64,000 nt of DNA from Nitrospirota bacterium. Its GTDB lineage: Bacteria > Nitrospirota > Thermodesulfovibrionia > Thermodesulfovibrionales > Dissulfurispiraceae. The notes beneath the pieces are model-generated. The model was not told the origin of the DNA. It was given only the letters and a program-made list of their open reading frames with translations, and ran no database searches. The translations under genes and the position numbers were made by a program. Location of the stretch: NCBI GenBank assembly GCA_963790025.1, contig CAWBMP010000002.1:384001-448000 (forward strand). Direction: 5' to 3'. Shown here piece by piece: positions 10,061 to 18,894 of this stretch; the stretch's first letter is position 1; each line of letters begins with the position of its first letter.

Positions 10061-11254
10061 TTACTGTGATTTAAGCAGGTGGGCTTTATCGGTAATTTCC
10101 CATGGCAGCCCTATATCCATCCTGCCGACGTGTCCATAAGCTGCAAGCTTCCTGTAGAAACCTCCTTTAATCGCTGAAGGGAGGCGTCTCAGCTGAAACT
10201 GCCTTACAATACCTGCAAGCCTGAAATCGAAGTTTTTATCAACCAGGTCGGCAATAACAGTATCGGACAGTCTGCCGGTGCCGAACGTCTCTACCTGAAT
10301 GCTCACCGGATGGGCAAGTCCTATCGAATAACTGAGCTGGATTTCGCACTCGTCAGCAAGACCGGCCGCAACCACATTCTTTGCGGCGTAACGCGCCGCA
10401 TATGCGCCGATCCGGTCAATTCTCATCGGGTCCTTGCCGCTGAGCGCTGCACCGCTGTGGCGAGAGTACTCCCCATATGTATCAATAGCATTCTTTCTCC
10501 CGGTAAGCCCCGAATGGATTGACGGGCCTCCGGTAATAAACTGGCCGTCGGGATTGACGAAAATCCTGGTATCCTTATCCGGCTTCACGGCCTCATCATG
10601 GAATACATTGTCGATAATGGCCTCCCGTACATCACTGGTTAACTGTTTCAGATCAGGACCTGTGCCCTTCCTCTGGCTCGCAATTACCGTTATGCTGTGT
10701 ATCCTGTGAGGACGACGGTCTTTGAACTCCACACCCACCTGGGTTTTGCCGTCCTGGGAAAGATACGGAAGTATCTTCTGAAGTCTCGCTGAAGTGAGCC
10801 GTCTTGCGAGTTTGTGCGCCAGCCATATTGGAAGCGGCATAAATGCGGGAGTTTGCTTACAGGCGAAACCAAAAACCGTAACCTGATTTTTTACCGGGAC
10901 ACTGTCTATTTCACTCTCCGTCATCTCCCGTTCATCAAAACAGCAATCCGGGTCGCGGGGCGATTCTTTGAGGCTTGTTAAAATACTGCACGTTTTCCCG
11001 TTGAATTCCTGCCGTTCATAGCCAATCTGGCTTATCACCTGGCGGGCTATATAGGGGAAGTCCACATAAGCATCTGAGGAGTATCTGGCCGCAATAAAGA
11101 GAATGGAAGTCGAGACGGCGCATTCTGCTATAACGCGCGAGTACGGGTCCTGCTGGAGAAAGTGGTCTACGATAGCATCGCTTATCTGGTCACATAGTTT
11201 ATCTGGGTGCCCCTCGGTCACAGATTCGGATGTAAACATGAAATCTTTTTTCAT
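10061..11254 (-). CDS. metK: Divergent methionine adenosyltransferase (MetK) paralogue
   Basis: FTSESVTEGHPDK, DGKTQV, GLTGRK, SGKDP and AAYGH are kept, but GAGDQG is replaced by PVKNQV. ATGA overlap with the ATPase gene. Confidence 0.85.
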   Translation of the reverse strand: MKKDFMFTSESVTEGHPDKLCDQISDAIVDHFLQQDPYSRVIAECAVSTSILFIAARYSSDAYVDFPYIARQVISQIGYERQEFNGKTCSILTSLKESPRDPDCCFDEREMTESEIDSVPVKNQVTVFGFACKQTPAFMPLPIWLAHKLARRLTSARLQKILPYLSQDGKTQVGVEFKDRRPHRIHSITVIASQRKGTGPDLKQLTSDVREAIIDNVFHDEAVKPDKDTRIFVNPDGQFITGGPSIHSGLTGRKNAIDTYGEYSRHSGAALSGKDPMRIDRIGAYAARYAAKNVVAAGLADECEIQLSYSIGLAHPVSIQVETFGTGRLSDTVIADLVDKNFDFRLAGIVRQFQLRRLPSAIKGGFYRKLAAYGHVGRMDIGLPWEITDKAHLLKSQ

Positions 11255-14200
11255 ATCGCTTCACCTCGCATAGTTTTCTTTGTCGCTTCATTGACAACCA
11301 GAGGGAGTACCGCGCTTCCACCGATTACAAGGGCATCGGTAAGATTTATCATCGTAGTTCCGAGCAGTCCTCTTAGTCCGGGCACCGCTATTGTCAGGGC
11401 CTGCAGCGCAAAAGACCCCCCAAGGGCAACGTCCAGATATCTGTTCGCGGGCAGCCGCTCCTTGTCGAACATACTCAGTCTCTCAGAACGGCAGCTTATG
11501 GCATGCAGAAGCTGACTTGAGGTGAGACTCATAAAGGCCAGGGTCCCTGCCTGAGCTCCAGGACCGTACCGCATGACGCCATATCCGTAAGCTCCGAGCG
11601 CAGTCGCACTCATCATCGCAGATTCGAAACCGATCCTTTTAAAGTCACTGCTCATGATAATAGGATGGTTAGGATTACGCGGAGGCTTGCTTAGGACGTC
11701 GGGTTCAGGGAGTTCAAGTGCCAATGCGAGCCCGGGGAATATATCGGATATGAGGTTGATCCAGAGCAATTGCATCGCACTAAGCGGCTGTCCAAGACCG
11801 GCGGCAGTGGCGGTGAACATTACCATAATTTCGCTCAGGTTTGTCGACAGGATGAAGTGCAACGATTTTCTGATATTGTTATAAATGGTGCGTCCATGAC
11901 TTACCGCGATAATCATGGTCTCAAGATTGTCGTCTTCGAGCACAATATCCGCCACCTCACGAGCGACGTCTGTGCCGGTGTGGCCCATTGCAATTCCTAT
12001 GTCGGCTGCCTTGAGCGCAGGGCCGTCATTAATACCGTCACCGGTCATGGCGACAACTTTCCCTGTGCTCTGCAGGGCCTGCACAATTTGAAGCTTATGC
12101 GCCGGACTCACGCGGGAAAAGACATGGACCCGCCCGGCAAGCGCTTTCATGACATCGGGTTCAATATCCGTAAGGTGCGTCGAATCAAGAATTTCGAGTT
12201 GTTCTCCGTTGCTCAGGTCCAGCTCGTTTCCGATGGCATAGGCCGTCGGCGTCTGGTCCCCGGTTATCATAACTGTTTCTATGCCGGCTGAGTGGAAAAC
12301 GCCGATCAGTTCCTTGACCCCCCTTCTCGTAGGGTCTGCCATACCTACAAGACCGAGCCAGACGAAACCGCTGGTGATGTCGCAGGCACTGCTTCCGTTT
12401 TCTATATGTTGATACGCGATGCCGAGGATCCTGAGTGCTTCACCGGCCATTCGTTCATTTTCCGTTTCCATTGCGAGCCTGTCATCAACTGAAATCGGGA
12501 ACTTTTCGCCGTCCTTTATATACAAGTCGCACATTTCCAGCACTTCTGTAGGGCTGCCTTTCAGTGCTATGATCTTGCCCTCGGGGCCGAAGTCATGTTG
12601 GGTGGCCATATAATTGCGGTTTTCAGCACGGTAACATATTTTCAGTAACGGGTACATCTTTCTGATTTGAATGATGTCGACGCCTGCACAAATCGCCATA
12701 TGCATCAGGGCATTCTCGGTTGGTGATCCCCGCAGCACATATCTTCCTTCTCCATTTTCATAACAACTGCTTTCTGCAGGCGCCTCACCGGCATGTTCTT
12801 TTACGCTGATTTCAGATTCGTTGCATAGCACAGATATATGAATAAGCCTCATGAACTCGTCCGAGGCATAGGGGTTAACTGTCTCAACCCCGACCATAAA
12901 TTTGCCGTCCCTTGCCTTTATTCTCTTCATTCCTGTATAAATTGCAACAACCGACATCCTGTTCAATGTTATAGTGCCGGTCTTGTCCATACATATAGTT
13001 TGCACAGAGCCGAGAGTTTCGACTGCGTTGAGATGACGGATAAGGACTTTATGCCGTCTCATATTCCTGATTCCGAGAGCGAGGGTCGTGGTGGCAACGG
13101 TCGGCAGCCCTTCGGGGACCGCTGCTACAGCAAGAGAAATCGAGCTTTTAAGCATCTGGATGAAACCGTATCCCCTGAGCAGCCCTATAAGGAAAACAAC
13201 ACCGCAGACAGCCCCGCTGATCAACACAAGCTGTGTACCCATTTTCTTGAGCTGCCGCTCCATAGGTGTCTCGGGAGACTCCGCAGCTCCCACGAGTTCC
13301 TGTATTTTTCCTATCTCAGTAAACTTTCCTGTGGCCACGACCACTGCAAGGCCCTGTCCCCCCGTAACCAGGGTGCCCATATAGGCCATGTTGACCCTAT
13401 CAGCAAGCGGCACATTGTCTTCGTCTATGCTCTCTGTAGTCTTCACGACCGGCAGGCTCTCGCCGGTAAGCGCAGATTCATCGACGCTCAGATAGGTCGC
13501 TTCAATCAGCCTGCTGTCGGCGGCAATATAGCTGCCGGGCCTGAACACCAGCATATCGCCAACGACCACCTCCTCGGCAGGGATATCTTTAAAAATACCG
13601 TCCCTTATGACAAGCGAGGATGGCCTTACAAGACTTTTGAGCGAGTTAATGGTTTTTTCCGCCTGGCTCTCGGTGACATAGCCGATGACCGCATTGATGA
13701 CCACTACTCCGGCAATAACCACAGCATCAGCGACGCCGCCAGTCACTATCGAGAGACCGGCTGCAACACCCAGCAGGGCATTCGGGATCGAATTGAATTG
13801 ATCGATAAGAATACTGAATGCTGAACGTGGAACTGATTCAGGGAGCAAATTGGGGCCGAATTTCTTTAGTCTGGCTTGAGCGCTATCAGTTGAAAGACCG
13901 GCAGTTGCCGAGGAACCCAAACGCTTAAGGACTGCGGATGGTGCTTCGGTATGCCATGCCTCTACCGTCTGGTCTTCCGCGTGTTCAACAAGTCTTCTTA
14001 ATTTTCCCCTGCTTTTTACTGGGACAGAAGACCGGACAACATTGGCCTTGCCGCTTTCTACAACAGGGAAAGGGTACCCGGGCGCAGTCTCTGACTGAGT
14101 AACTGTATTTGCAGCCTGCTGAAAGTCGCCGCCTTGATATTCGCGGACGATATCATGAATAAGATGCGCTATGGCATGAGGGGTATTGAAGGAATTGAAA

Positions 14201-14364
14201 TAGACGAGAACACTGCCGGTCAATATGTTTATTGAGACGTCACTAATCCCCTCTAAGCCAGAAAGGCCTGATTCAAGGTGTTTTTTTAGAGATTCCGAAC
14301 GACGAAGCCCCTCTACCTTGTATCGGACCCTTCCCGGCACTGCCGCATGTACTGTCTCGACCAC
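11251..14364 (-). CDS. P2A-type (Ca2+/Mn2+-like) P-type ATPase with N-terminal HMA2-like domain
   Basis: TGES, AVPEGL, DKTGT, TGDGIND, STNLSE (M5), WINLISD (M6); N-terminus HAAVPGRVR. Confidence 0.92.
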   Translation of the reverse strand: MVETVHAAVPGRVRYKVEGLRRSESLKKHLESGLSGLEGISDVSINILTGSVLVYFNSFNTPHAIAHLIHDIVREYQGGDFQQAANTVTQSETAPGYPFPVVESGKANVVRSSVPVKSRGKLRRLVEHAEDQTVEAWHTEAPSAVLKRLGSSATAGLSTDSAQARLKKFGPNLLPESVPRSAFSILIDQFNSIPNALLGVAAGLSIVTGGVADAVVIAGVVVINAVIGYVTESQAEKTINSLKSLVRPSSLVIRDGIFKDIPAEEVVVGDMLVFRPGSYIAADSRLIEATYLSVDESALTGESLPVVKTTESIDEDNVPLADRVNMAYMGTLVTGGQGLAVVVATGKFTEIGKIQELVGAAESPETPMERQLKKMGTQLVLISGAVCGVVFLIGLLRGYGFIQMLKSSISLAVAAVPEGLPTVATTTLALGIRNMRRHKVLIRHLNAVETLGSVQTICMDKTGTITLNRMSVVAIYTGMKRIKARDGKFMVGVETVNPYASDEFMRLIHISVLCNESEISVKEHAGEAPAESSCYENGEGRYVLRGSPTENALMHMAICAGVDIIQIRKMYPLLKICYRAENRNYMATQHDFGPEGKIIALKGSPTEVLEMCDLYIKDGEKFPISVDDRLAMETENERMAGEALRILGIAYQHIENGSSACDITSGFVWLGLVGMADPTRRGVKELIGVFHSAGIETVMITGDQTPTAYAIGNELDLSNGEQLEILDSTHLTDIEPDVMKALAGRVHVFSRVSPAHKLQIVQALQSTGKVVAMTGDGINDGPALKAADIGIAMGHTGTDVAREVADIVLEDDNLETMIIAVSHGRTIYNNIRKSLHFILSTNLSEIMVMFTATAAGLGQPLSAMQLLWINLISDIFPGLALALELPEPDVLSKPPRNPNHPIIMSSDFKRIGFESAMMSATALGAYGYGVMRYGPGAQAGTLAFMSLTSSQLLHAISCRSERLSMFDKERLPANRYLDVALGGSFALQALTIAVPGLRGLLGTTMINLTDALVIGGSAVLPLVVNEATKKTMRGEAI

Positions 14365-14370
14365 GTAACT

Positions 14371-15039
14371 TTATTCTTCCCTTTTCGTTTTATGCTTTGT
14401 AGAAATTTCAGCCGGCCCGCTGGAAGAGGGTCCTGATGCAGACGAACGCGGCAGCGCGGAGCCGGCAATTTCCTTAACTCCGGAAACGACGCCGACCAGC
14501 ATGTCCTTTACAGCTCGCACTGCCGTATTCCCGATCGAGCCCGCGGCCTCTATTGCCCCGCCAACAGCGACAGTAGCGGCCTCTTCGACATTCCCACCTA
14601 CTTCTTTCGTAGCTTCAATTACACCGTCAACGGCCCTTCTCGCTACGAGTGCCACATCGGCACCGACTTCGGCAGCCCCCTTGACAGCGCCCTTAACGGT
14701 CTGCTCGGCAACTTTCATAACATCCCCGCCAACATCGCTGACGCCCATTACGATGCCCTTGGCAACGCTTTTGGTGCTCAGGATTAAGCCTGTGCCGACC
14801 TCTTCCGTAGCCTGAATTGCACCTTTTACCACATCTGCGGTAATAGTAACACCTTCATTAGCCACAGATGCAGTCGCTTTCAGGGTATTCGATACAGTAT
14901 TTCTGACAAGACTCACGATTTCCGCCTCGATTTCGTTTATCCCCTTCAGACTGCTTACAATCCCCTCTTTCACCTTTGTTCCGGCTGCGCCAATATATGC
15001 AGCCCCCTCTGAACCGACCTTCCCTTCGCTCTTAGCCAT
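14371..15039 (-). CDS. Ala/Val/Gly-rich protein with ~8 tandem 22-aa repeats
   Basis: Units such as EQTVKGAVKGAAEVGADVALVA and RRAVDGVIEATKEVGGNVEEAA; GGAGG RBS before ATG 15039. Confidence 0.85.
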   Translation of the reverse strand: MAKSEGKVGSEGAAYIGAAGTKVKEGIVSSLKGINEIEAEIVSLVRNTVSNTLKATASVANEGVTITADVVKGAIQATEEVGTGLILSTKSVAKGIVMGVSDVGGDVMKVAEQTVKGAVKGAAEVGADVALVARRAVDGVIEATKEVGGNVEEAATVAVGGAIEAAGSIGNTAVRAVKDMLVGVVSGVKEIAGSALPRSSASGPSSSGPAEISTKHKTKREE

Positions 15040-15092
15040 GATAATGCCCTCCATTTTTACACCTTTTAATTGTGTTGTTTTTAGCGTGCCGT

Positions 15093-15130
15093 AAAGTAGC
15101 GGCGTCACGGCGCATAGCTGCCGCTACTTT
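15093..15130. terminator. Intra-operon hairpin overlapping the stop of 15124..15609
   Basis: AAAGTAGCGGC ... GCCGCTACTTT. Confidence 0.5.
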
Positions 15131-15609
15131 CTCTCCTCATCAGCGGCAGCAGGCAATGATTTCAGAAATACGTTTAATGCATACCAGAAGGCGGTATACC
15201 ACGCAGGAGCTGCAAAGTTTCCACTTGCAATTTCGTAAACACCGAACCCGACAAGAGTAACGAAAGCAACTCCGGGTACATCCACTTCGTTACCGGTAAA
15301 TTTTTTCACTTTTTTATCAAAGCCACTGAAAGCATTGACAATATTGGCGGACAGAGCTGTGGTCCGTGGCCCTTTTTTGAGCTTGAAAAGTGCCTTTCCC
15401 TCGGCAAATGCTGCAATGGCCTTTAAATCAGCAGTATGTATAAATAACAGACTGCCTGTCAGGGCATTTGCATGGACCTGCTCAACTCCCTCAAATTGCG
15501 CAAAGTGATCCTGCAAAGCAGAGAAGTAGGCGGCATCTCCTTTCCTTCCAGGCACTTTTACCCTGAATCTTCCAGGCGTTGCGTGGCTCAAAATGGCTTC
15601 AGGTATCAT
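15124..15609 (-). CDS. HMA2-like domain protein with C-terminal membrane segment
   Basis: HATPGRFRV, ANALTGSLL; hydrophobic tail with PAWYTAFWYA. Confidence 0.85.
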   Translation of the reverse strand: MIPEAILSHATPGRFRVKVPGRKGDAAYFSALQDHFAQFEGVEQVHANALTGSLLFIHTADLKAIAAFAEGKALFKLKKGPRTTALSANIVNAFSGFDKKVKKFTGNEVDVPGVAFVTLVGFGVYEIASGNFAAPAWYTAFWYALNVFLKSLPAAADEERK

Positions 15610-15896
15610 TAAGCTCCTGTTTTGTCCTCGGGGTTAATGCCGGTTGTTTCAGTATGAGATTCTGCCATTTCAGCCTTTACCTCCGCAACGATATCTTCCA
15701 TCATTTCCCCTGCTTCCGCGAAAGTCTCTCTGCTTTTTTCATAGAGTATAAGGCCGCCCTTTATTGCAGCTTTTGCAATCGGTTTTACGACTCCTGCAAT
15801 CGCAGGAATCACCTGCGGGGCAAATAGGGCCGCGCCAATACCTATAGCCAATCCTGTAAGGATATTACCTTTTAACCCATTTTCAAATAGTGCCAT
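15609..15896 (-). CDS. DUF5132-like small protein (GxxxG membrane segment plus amphipathic helix)
   Basis: GLAIGIGAA..P ... KPIAKAAIKGG ... EDIVAEVKAE; AGGAGG RBS. Confidence 0.85.
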   Translation of the reverse strand: MALFENGLKGNILTGLAIGIGAALFAPQVIPAIAGVVKPIAKAAIKGGLILYEKSRETFAEAGEMMEDIVAEVKAEMAESHTETTGINPEDKTGA

Positions 15897-16025
15897 GGTT
15901 TCCTCCTTGTCGGTCTTTAAGTAAAGTGTATATTAATATGGGTTCAAAGTAAATGTAACCCAAACTTTTCATTACTTGCCTACTTTCAAGACAGGTAATC
16001 AGGAGACAGTTAAAGAATTCTTCAC

Positions 16026-16125
16026 TGTTAAAACCTTTGCTGTGACATGTTAAAACCTTTGTCTTGACACTCTTCATTTTTCGGCTATACTTTAATTGGA
16101 GCGTATATAAATTGGAGCGTATATA
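16026..16125 (+). promoter_or_regulatory. Sigma70-type promoter with a 22-bp direct repeat and a 16-bp tandem duplication
   Basis: TGTTAAAACCTTTG...TGACA twice (16026-16069); TTGACA 16064, 16 nt, TATACT 16086; AATTGGAGCGTATATA twice (16094-16125). Confidence 0.6.
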
Positions 16126-16144
16126 AAAAGGGAGGTGCATCGCT

Positions 16145-16306
16145 ATGCCTATTGAAGTGAGCGTCACAGAACGGGAACTGCTGAAGAAGATCCTCAATTC
16201 GTATCTTTCAGAGCTGAGACTTGAGATCGTCGAAACGAAACACGACAAATCGTCCCTCCATGAAGAAGAGAACCTCGTAAGAGGGCTGCTGCAAAAGGTA
16301 TCCTAA
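16145..16306 (+). CDS. 53-aa helical hypothetical protein (not in ORF track)
   Basis: GGGAGGT RBS; MPIEVSVTERELLKKILNSYLSELRLEI...QKVS*; promoter upstream and hairpin downstream. Confidence 0.75.
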   Translation: MPIEVSVTERELLKKILNSYLSELRLEIVETKHDKSSLHEEENLVRGLLQKVS

Positions 16307-16328
16307 CTGTTGTTATGCCTTGTTCCCC

Positions 16329-16370
16329 GCCGAAGCTACCCGCTCCACCCGGGTGGCTTCGGTCGATTTT
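16329..16370 (+). terminator. Intrinsic terminator-like hairpin
   Basis: CCGAAGCTACCCG ... CGGGTGGCTTCGG followed by a short T run. Confidence 0.55.
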
Positions 16371-16387
16371 AACAGCGTAATAGATTA

Positions 16388-16443
16388 TGTAACTTAAAAT
16401 TAATATTTCTGTAAAACTGCTTTAACCCTCTATCCTTTAAACT
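16388..16443 (+). promoter_or_regulatory. Pho-box-like array plus -10 upstream of olsB/olsA-like genes
   Basis: TGTAAC/ATTAAT/TGTAAA/TTTAAC at 16388, 16399, 16410, 16421, then 11 nt and TAAACT. Confidence 0.75.
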
Positions 16444-16583
16444 ATACAAATTCACATCGTGACATCAGAAATAATGAATATCCAATTTTACTATGTTACC
16501 AAGCACTTAAAGCGTATATGGATAATGTATTGAGTGTCCTGCGACATGCAGCATTCAACATTTCCCATAGAGGAGGTGCATTT

Positions 16584-17378
16584 ATGGAACACACTCAATG
16601 TACGGTTCTGAGCATGCGCAACGGTAATTTTATTGTGAAACTTGCTGAATACCATGAGGAACTGGTTAAAGCACTCAGACTGCGTTTTGATGTATTCAAT
16701 AGAGAATTGAACGAGGGTCTTGACAGCTCTTATATGACCGGGATGGACCGGGACAGTTACGATGACTATTGCGACCATCTTATTGTAATCGATACAAGAT
16801 GTAACAAGGTTGTAGGCACCTATCGCCTCCTCCTTGGTTCGGTCGCAGAAAGCAATATCGGCTATTATTCGGAGGGTGAATTCGACATGACCGGCATCAA
16901 GGCTATAGGTGGAGAGAAACTTGAACTCGGCCGATCCTGCGTCCACAGTGATTACAGGAATGCAGGTGTCATCAACCTGCTTTGGGCCGGCATAGCGCGG
17001 TACGTGGAAATGTACGATGTACGCCATTTATTCGGCTGCGGCAGCCTGCACACCGATGACCCTGTTGAAGTAAGCATGGTATACTTTTATATGAACACGT
17101 TTCACCGCTCGGGCGCCGAATTTACGGTGTACCCCATGAAAAAGCTGCGCGGGGTCGGCTTATGCCCTATTGTGGACCAGAAAACCGCGTTCGATAAACT
17201 TCCCCCGCTTATTAAGGGATACCTGCGGCTCGGAGCACTTATATGCGGAGAGCCGGCCTACGACGACGTATTCGGCACTACCGATCTCTATCTGCTACTG
17301 GAAACCGAAAAGTTGATCTCCCGGTATAAAAGGAGGTTTTTCCAGGAGCCAAACGAGACGTTATGCCGGGCATCGTAA
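16584..17378 (+). CDS. olsB: GNAT N-acyltransferase, OlsB-like (lyso-ornithine lipid synthase family)
   Basis: LRFDVFNREL, DSYDDYCDHL, VGTYRLL, LELGRSCVH, PPLIKGYLRLGA; GAGGAGG RBS before ATG 16584. Confidence 0.8.
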   Translation: MEHTQCTVLSMRNGNFIVKLAEYHEELVKALRLRFDVFNRELNEGLDSSYMTGMDRDSYDDYCDHLIVIDTRCNKVVGTYRLLLGSVAESNIGYYSEGEFDMTGIKAIGGEKLELGRSCVHSDYRNAGVINLLWAGIARYVEMYDVRHLFGCGSLHTDDPVEVSMVYFYMNTFHRSGAEFTVYPMKKLRGVGLCPIVDQKTAFDKLPPLIKGYLRLGALICGEPAYDDVFGTTDLYLLLETEKLISRYKRRFFQEPNETLCRAS

Positions 17379-18157
17379 AAATCCGAAAATTATTTCTCCT
17401 TCTTATAGTTAGCCTTTTCGTTTTTGTCTGTGGTATCCTGATCAAAGTCTTTCCCCTTGAACAGGGTCGAAAATTGAGTCTTCAGACACGCTTCATGCGG
17501 TTATGGGCACGGTCCGGCTGTTTCATCCTCGGCATCAATATTGCCTCCACCGGCTCATATAGAGCTGACGATGTTTTTTTTATCGTGAGCAATCATTGCA
17601 GCTATATCGATATACTTATTATCGGCAGTCTGATTCCATCCGTATTCGTTTCAAAAAGTGATGTGGCCTCATGGATATTCCTTGGGAGGATGGTAAAACT
17701 TGCCGGGACCATTTTTGTCAACCGGGAATCCAAAACAGCTTCGGTCAGAGCAATGGAGGCCATTAAGGAGCGACTTGCAAACGGCATCAATGTTGTGGTT
17801 TTTCCTGAAGGTACCACCAATAACGGACTTGCTATCAGAGATTTCAAGAGCACCTTTTTCAAGGCGCCCATCGACAGTAACGTGCCTGTTTTGCCTGTGA
17901 GCATTATTTATTCGCACATAGATCGAACTCCCGTGACACCCGGCACAATAGACGCCGTCGCCTGGCACTCAGACATGGAGTTTCTTTCTCATTTTTGGAA
18001 CCTTCTCGGTATCGGGAGGATTGACGCGCGTATTCATTTCAGTCCGCCCCTCTACCATTTTACCGAAAACAGAAAAATACTTTCTTCTTTTGTCTTTGAG
18101 AAAGTCAGAGATGGAATAGAAATTGGAAGATGTTTTAGAGAAGAAGATACTTGTTGA
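17363..18157 (+). CDS. PlsC-family acyltransferase, OlsA-like
   Basis: NHCSYID (HX4D) and FPEGT; overlaps the olsB-like gene. Confidence 0.85.
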   Translation: MPGIVKIRKLFLLLIVSLFVFVCGILIKVFPLEQGRKLSLQTRFMRLWARSGCFILGINIASTGSYRADDVFFIVSNHCSYIDILIIGSLIPSVFVSKSDVASWIFLGRMVKLAGTIFVNRESKTASVRAMEAIKERLANGINVVVFPEGTTNNGLAIRDFKSTFFKAPIDSNVPVLPVSIIYSHIDRTPVTPGTIDAVAWHSDMEFLSHFWNLLGIGRIDARIHFSPPLYHFTENRKILSSFVFEKVRDGIEIGRCFREEDTC

Positions 18158-18206
18158 ATGGGACAATTAGCCTGGCGGCAAGAAAGCGGCTGCGTTCGCG
18201 GCAGTT

Positions 18207-18578
18207 TTATATCAGGACAGCTAATATTGAGAGGGCCGAACCTTCCAATGCCTGCTGGACAAAGGCACCCAAAACCGCCCTGCCCACGATATGACCGGCT
18301 GTTTTAGCTGCTCCATGAATATACTGATCAGTGGTTGCCGCCTTTGTCGTATCGAAATAACCTTTTCTCTGCAATATATTGATAATATCGTTGTGGCCGG
18401 TCATTTTGGGGTTATAGTTTACCAGAAGACTACCGGTAGTAAGGTTAATATCGATTGTCGCAATACCCTGCAGCTGACTTAATGTCTTTTTTAACTCGTT
18501 AGCCACGTTTTCGTTCTTTTTTATTACAGGGCTTTTTATTCTGAGTCTTCCAGGCACATTATGAATGTAATAGCTCAC
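18207..18578 (-). CDS. HMA2-like domain protein with hydrophobic C-terminus
   Basis: HNVPGRLRI, INLTTGSLLVNY; GGAGGAG RBS. Confidence 0.85.
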   Translation of the reverse strand: MSYYIHNVPGRLRIKSPVIKKNENVANELKKTLSQLQGIATIDINLTTGSLLVNYNPKMTGHNDIINILQRKGYFDTTKAATTDQYIHGAAKTAGHIVGRAVLGAFVQQALEGSALSILAVLI

Positions 18579-18873
18579 TATCTCCTCCCTTCATGTCAAT
18601 TTTCGTGAATGTTTTACAATCTGGATATCCCGAACACCTGAACCGCAATATTTTTTCTTCCCTTTTATATAAATGCATCATTCTTCCGCAAACCGGGCAC
18701 AGAGGCCTGTTTTTTACTTCAAATCTTACGGCACCGGCGCTAAACTGCCTGCCGCATATAAGACATAGGAACCTCTGTTTTCCCTGCCACGTCTTACCAT
18801 ATTTATACACGGCATCCAACTTGCAGTGCGGGCATTTAGTTGTAAAGCTTTGTGTCACCGCATCTGCTGTCAT
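18559..18873 (-). CDS. Double zinc-ribbon protein (IS1 InsA-like ribbon plus topoisomerase C4-like ribbon)
   Basis: CPHC..KYGK..GKQRFLCLICGRQF and CPVCG...RCSGYPDC; no DDE domain. Start codon uncertain. Confidence 0.75.
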   Translation of the reverse strand: MTADAVTQSFTTKCPHCKLDAVYKYGKTWQGKQRFLCLICGRQFSAGAVRFEVKNRPLCPVCGRMMHLYKREEKILRFRCSGYPDCKTFTKIDMKGGDSELLHS

Positions 18874-18894
18874 GTAATATTTAATCAAATTATG

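Noticed and set aside
12838..13824. 328-aa plus-strand ORF
   Set aside because: Antisense shadow of the P-type ATPase.
11251..14364. Canonical ferrosome FezB or a heavy-metal P1B ATPase
   Set aside because: M4 is PEGL with P2A-type M5/M6 ligands, not a CPC-type P1B motif.
15900..16020. Pho-like array for the DUF5132 operon
   Set aside because: Scattered GTAAC/ATTAC/GTTAA hexamers are present but not in 11-bp register.
16026..16125. CRISPR-like repeats
   Set aside because: Only two abutting copies of each unit, no spacers and no cas genes.
18559..18888. IS1-family insertion sequence
   Set aside because: Only a zinc ribbon resembles InsA; I see no DDE domain, terminal inverted repeats or target duplication.
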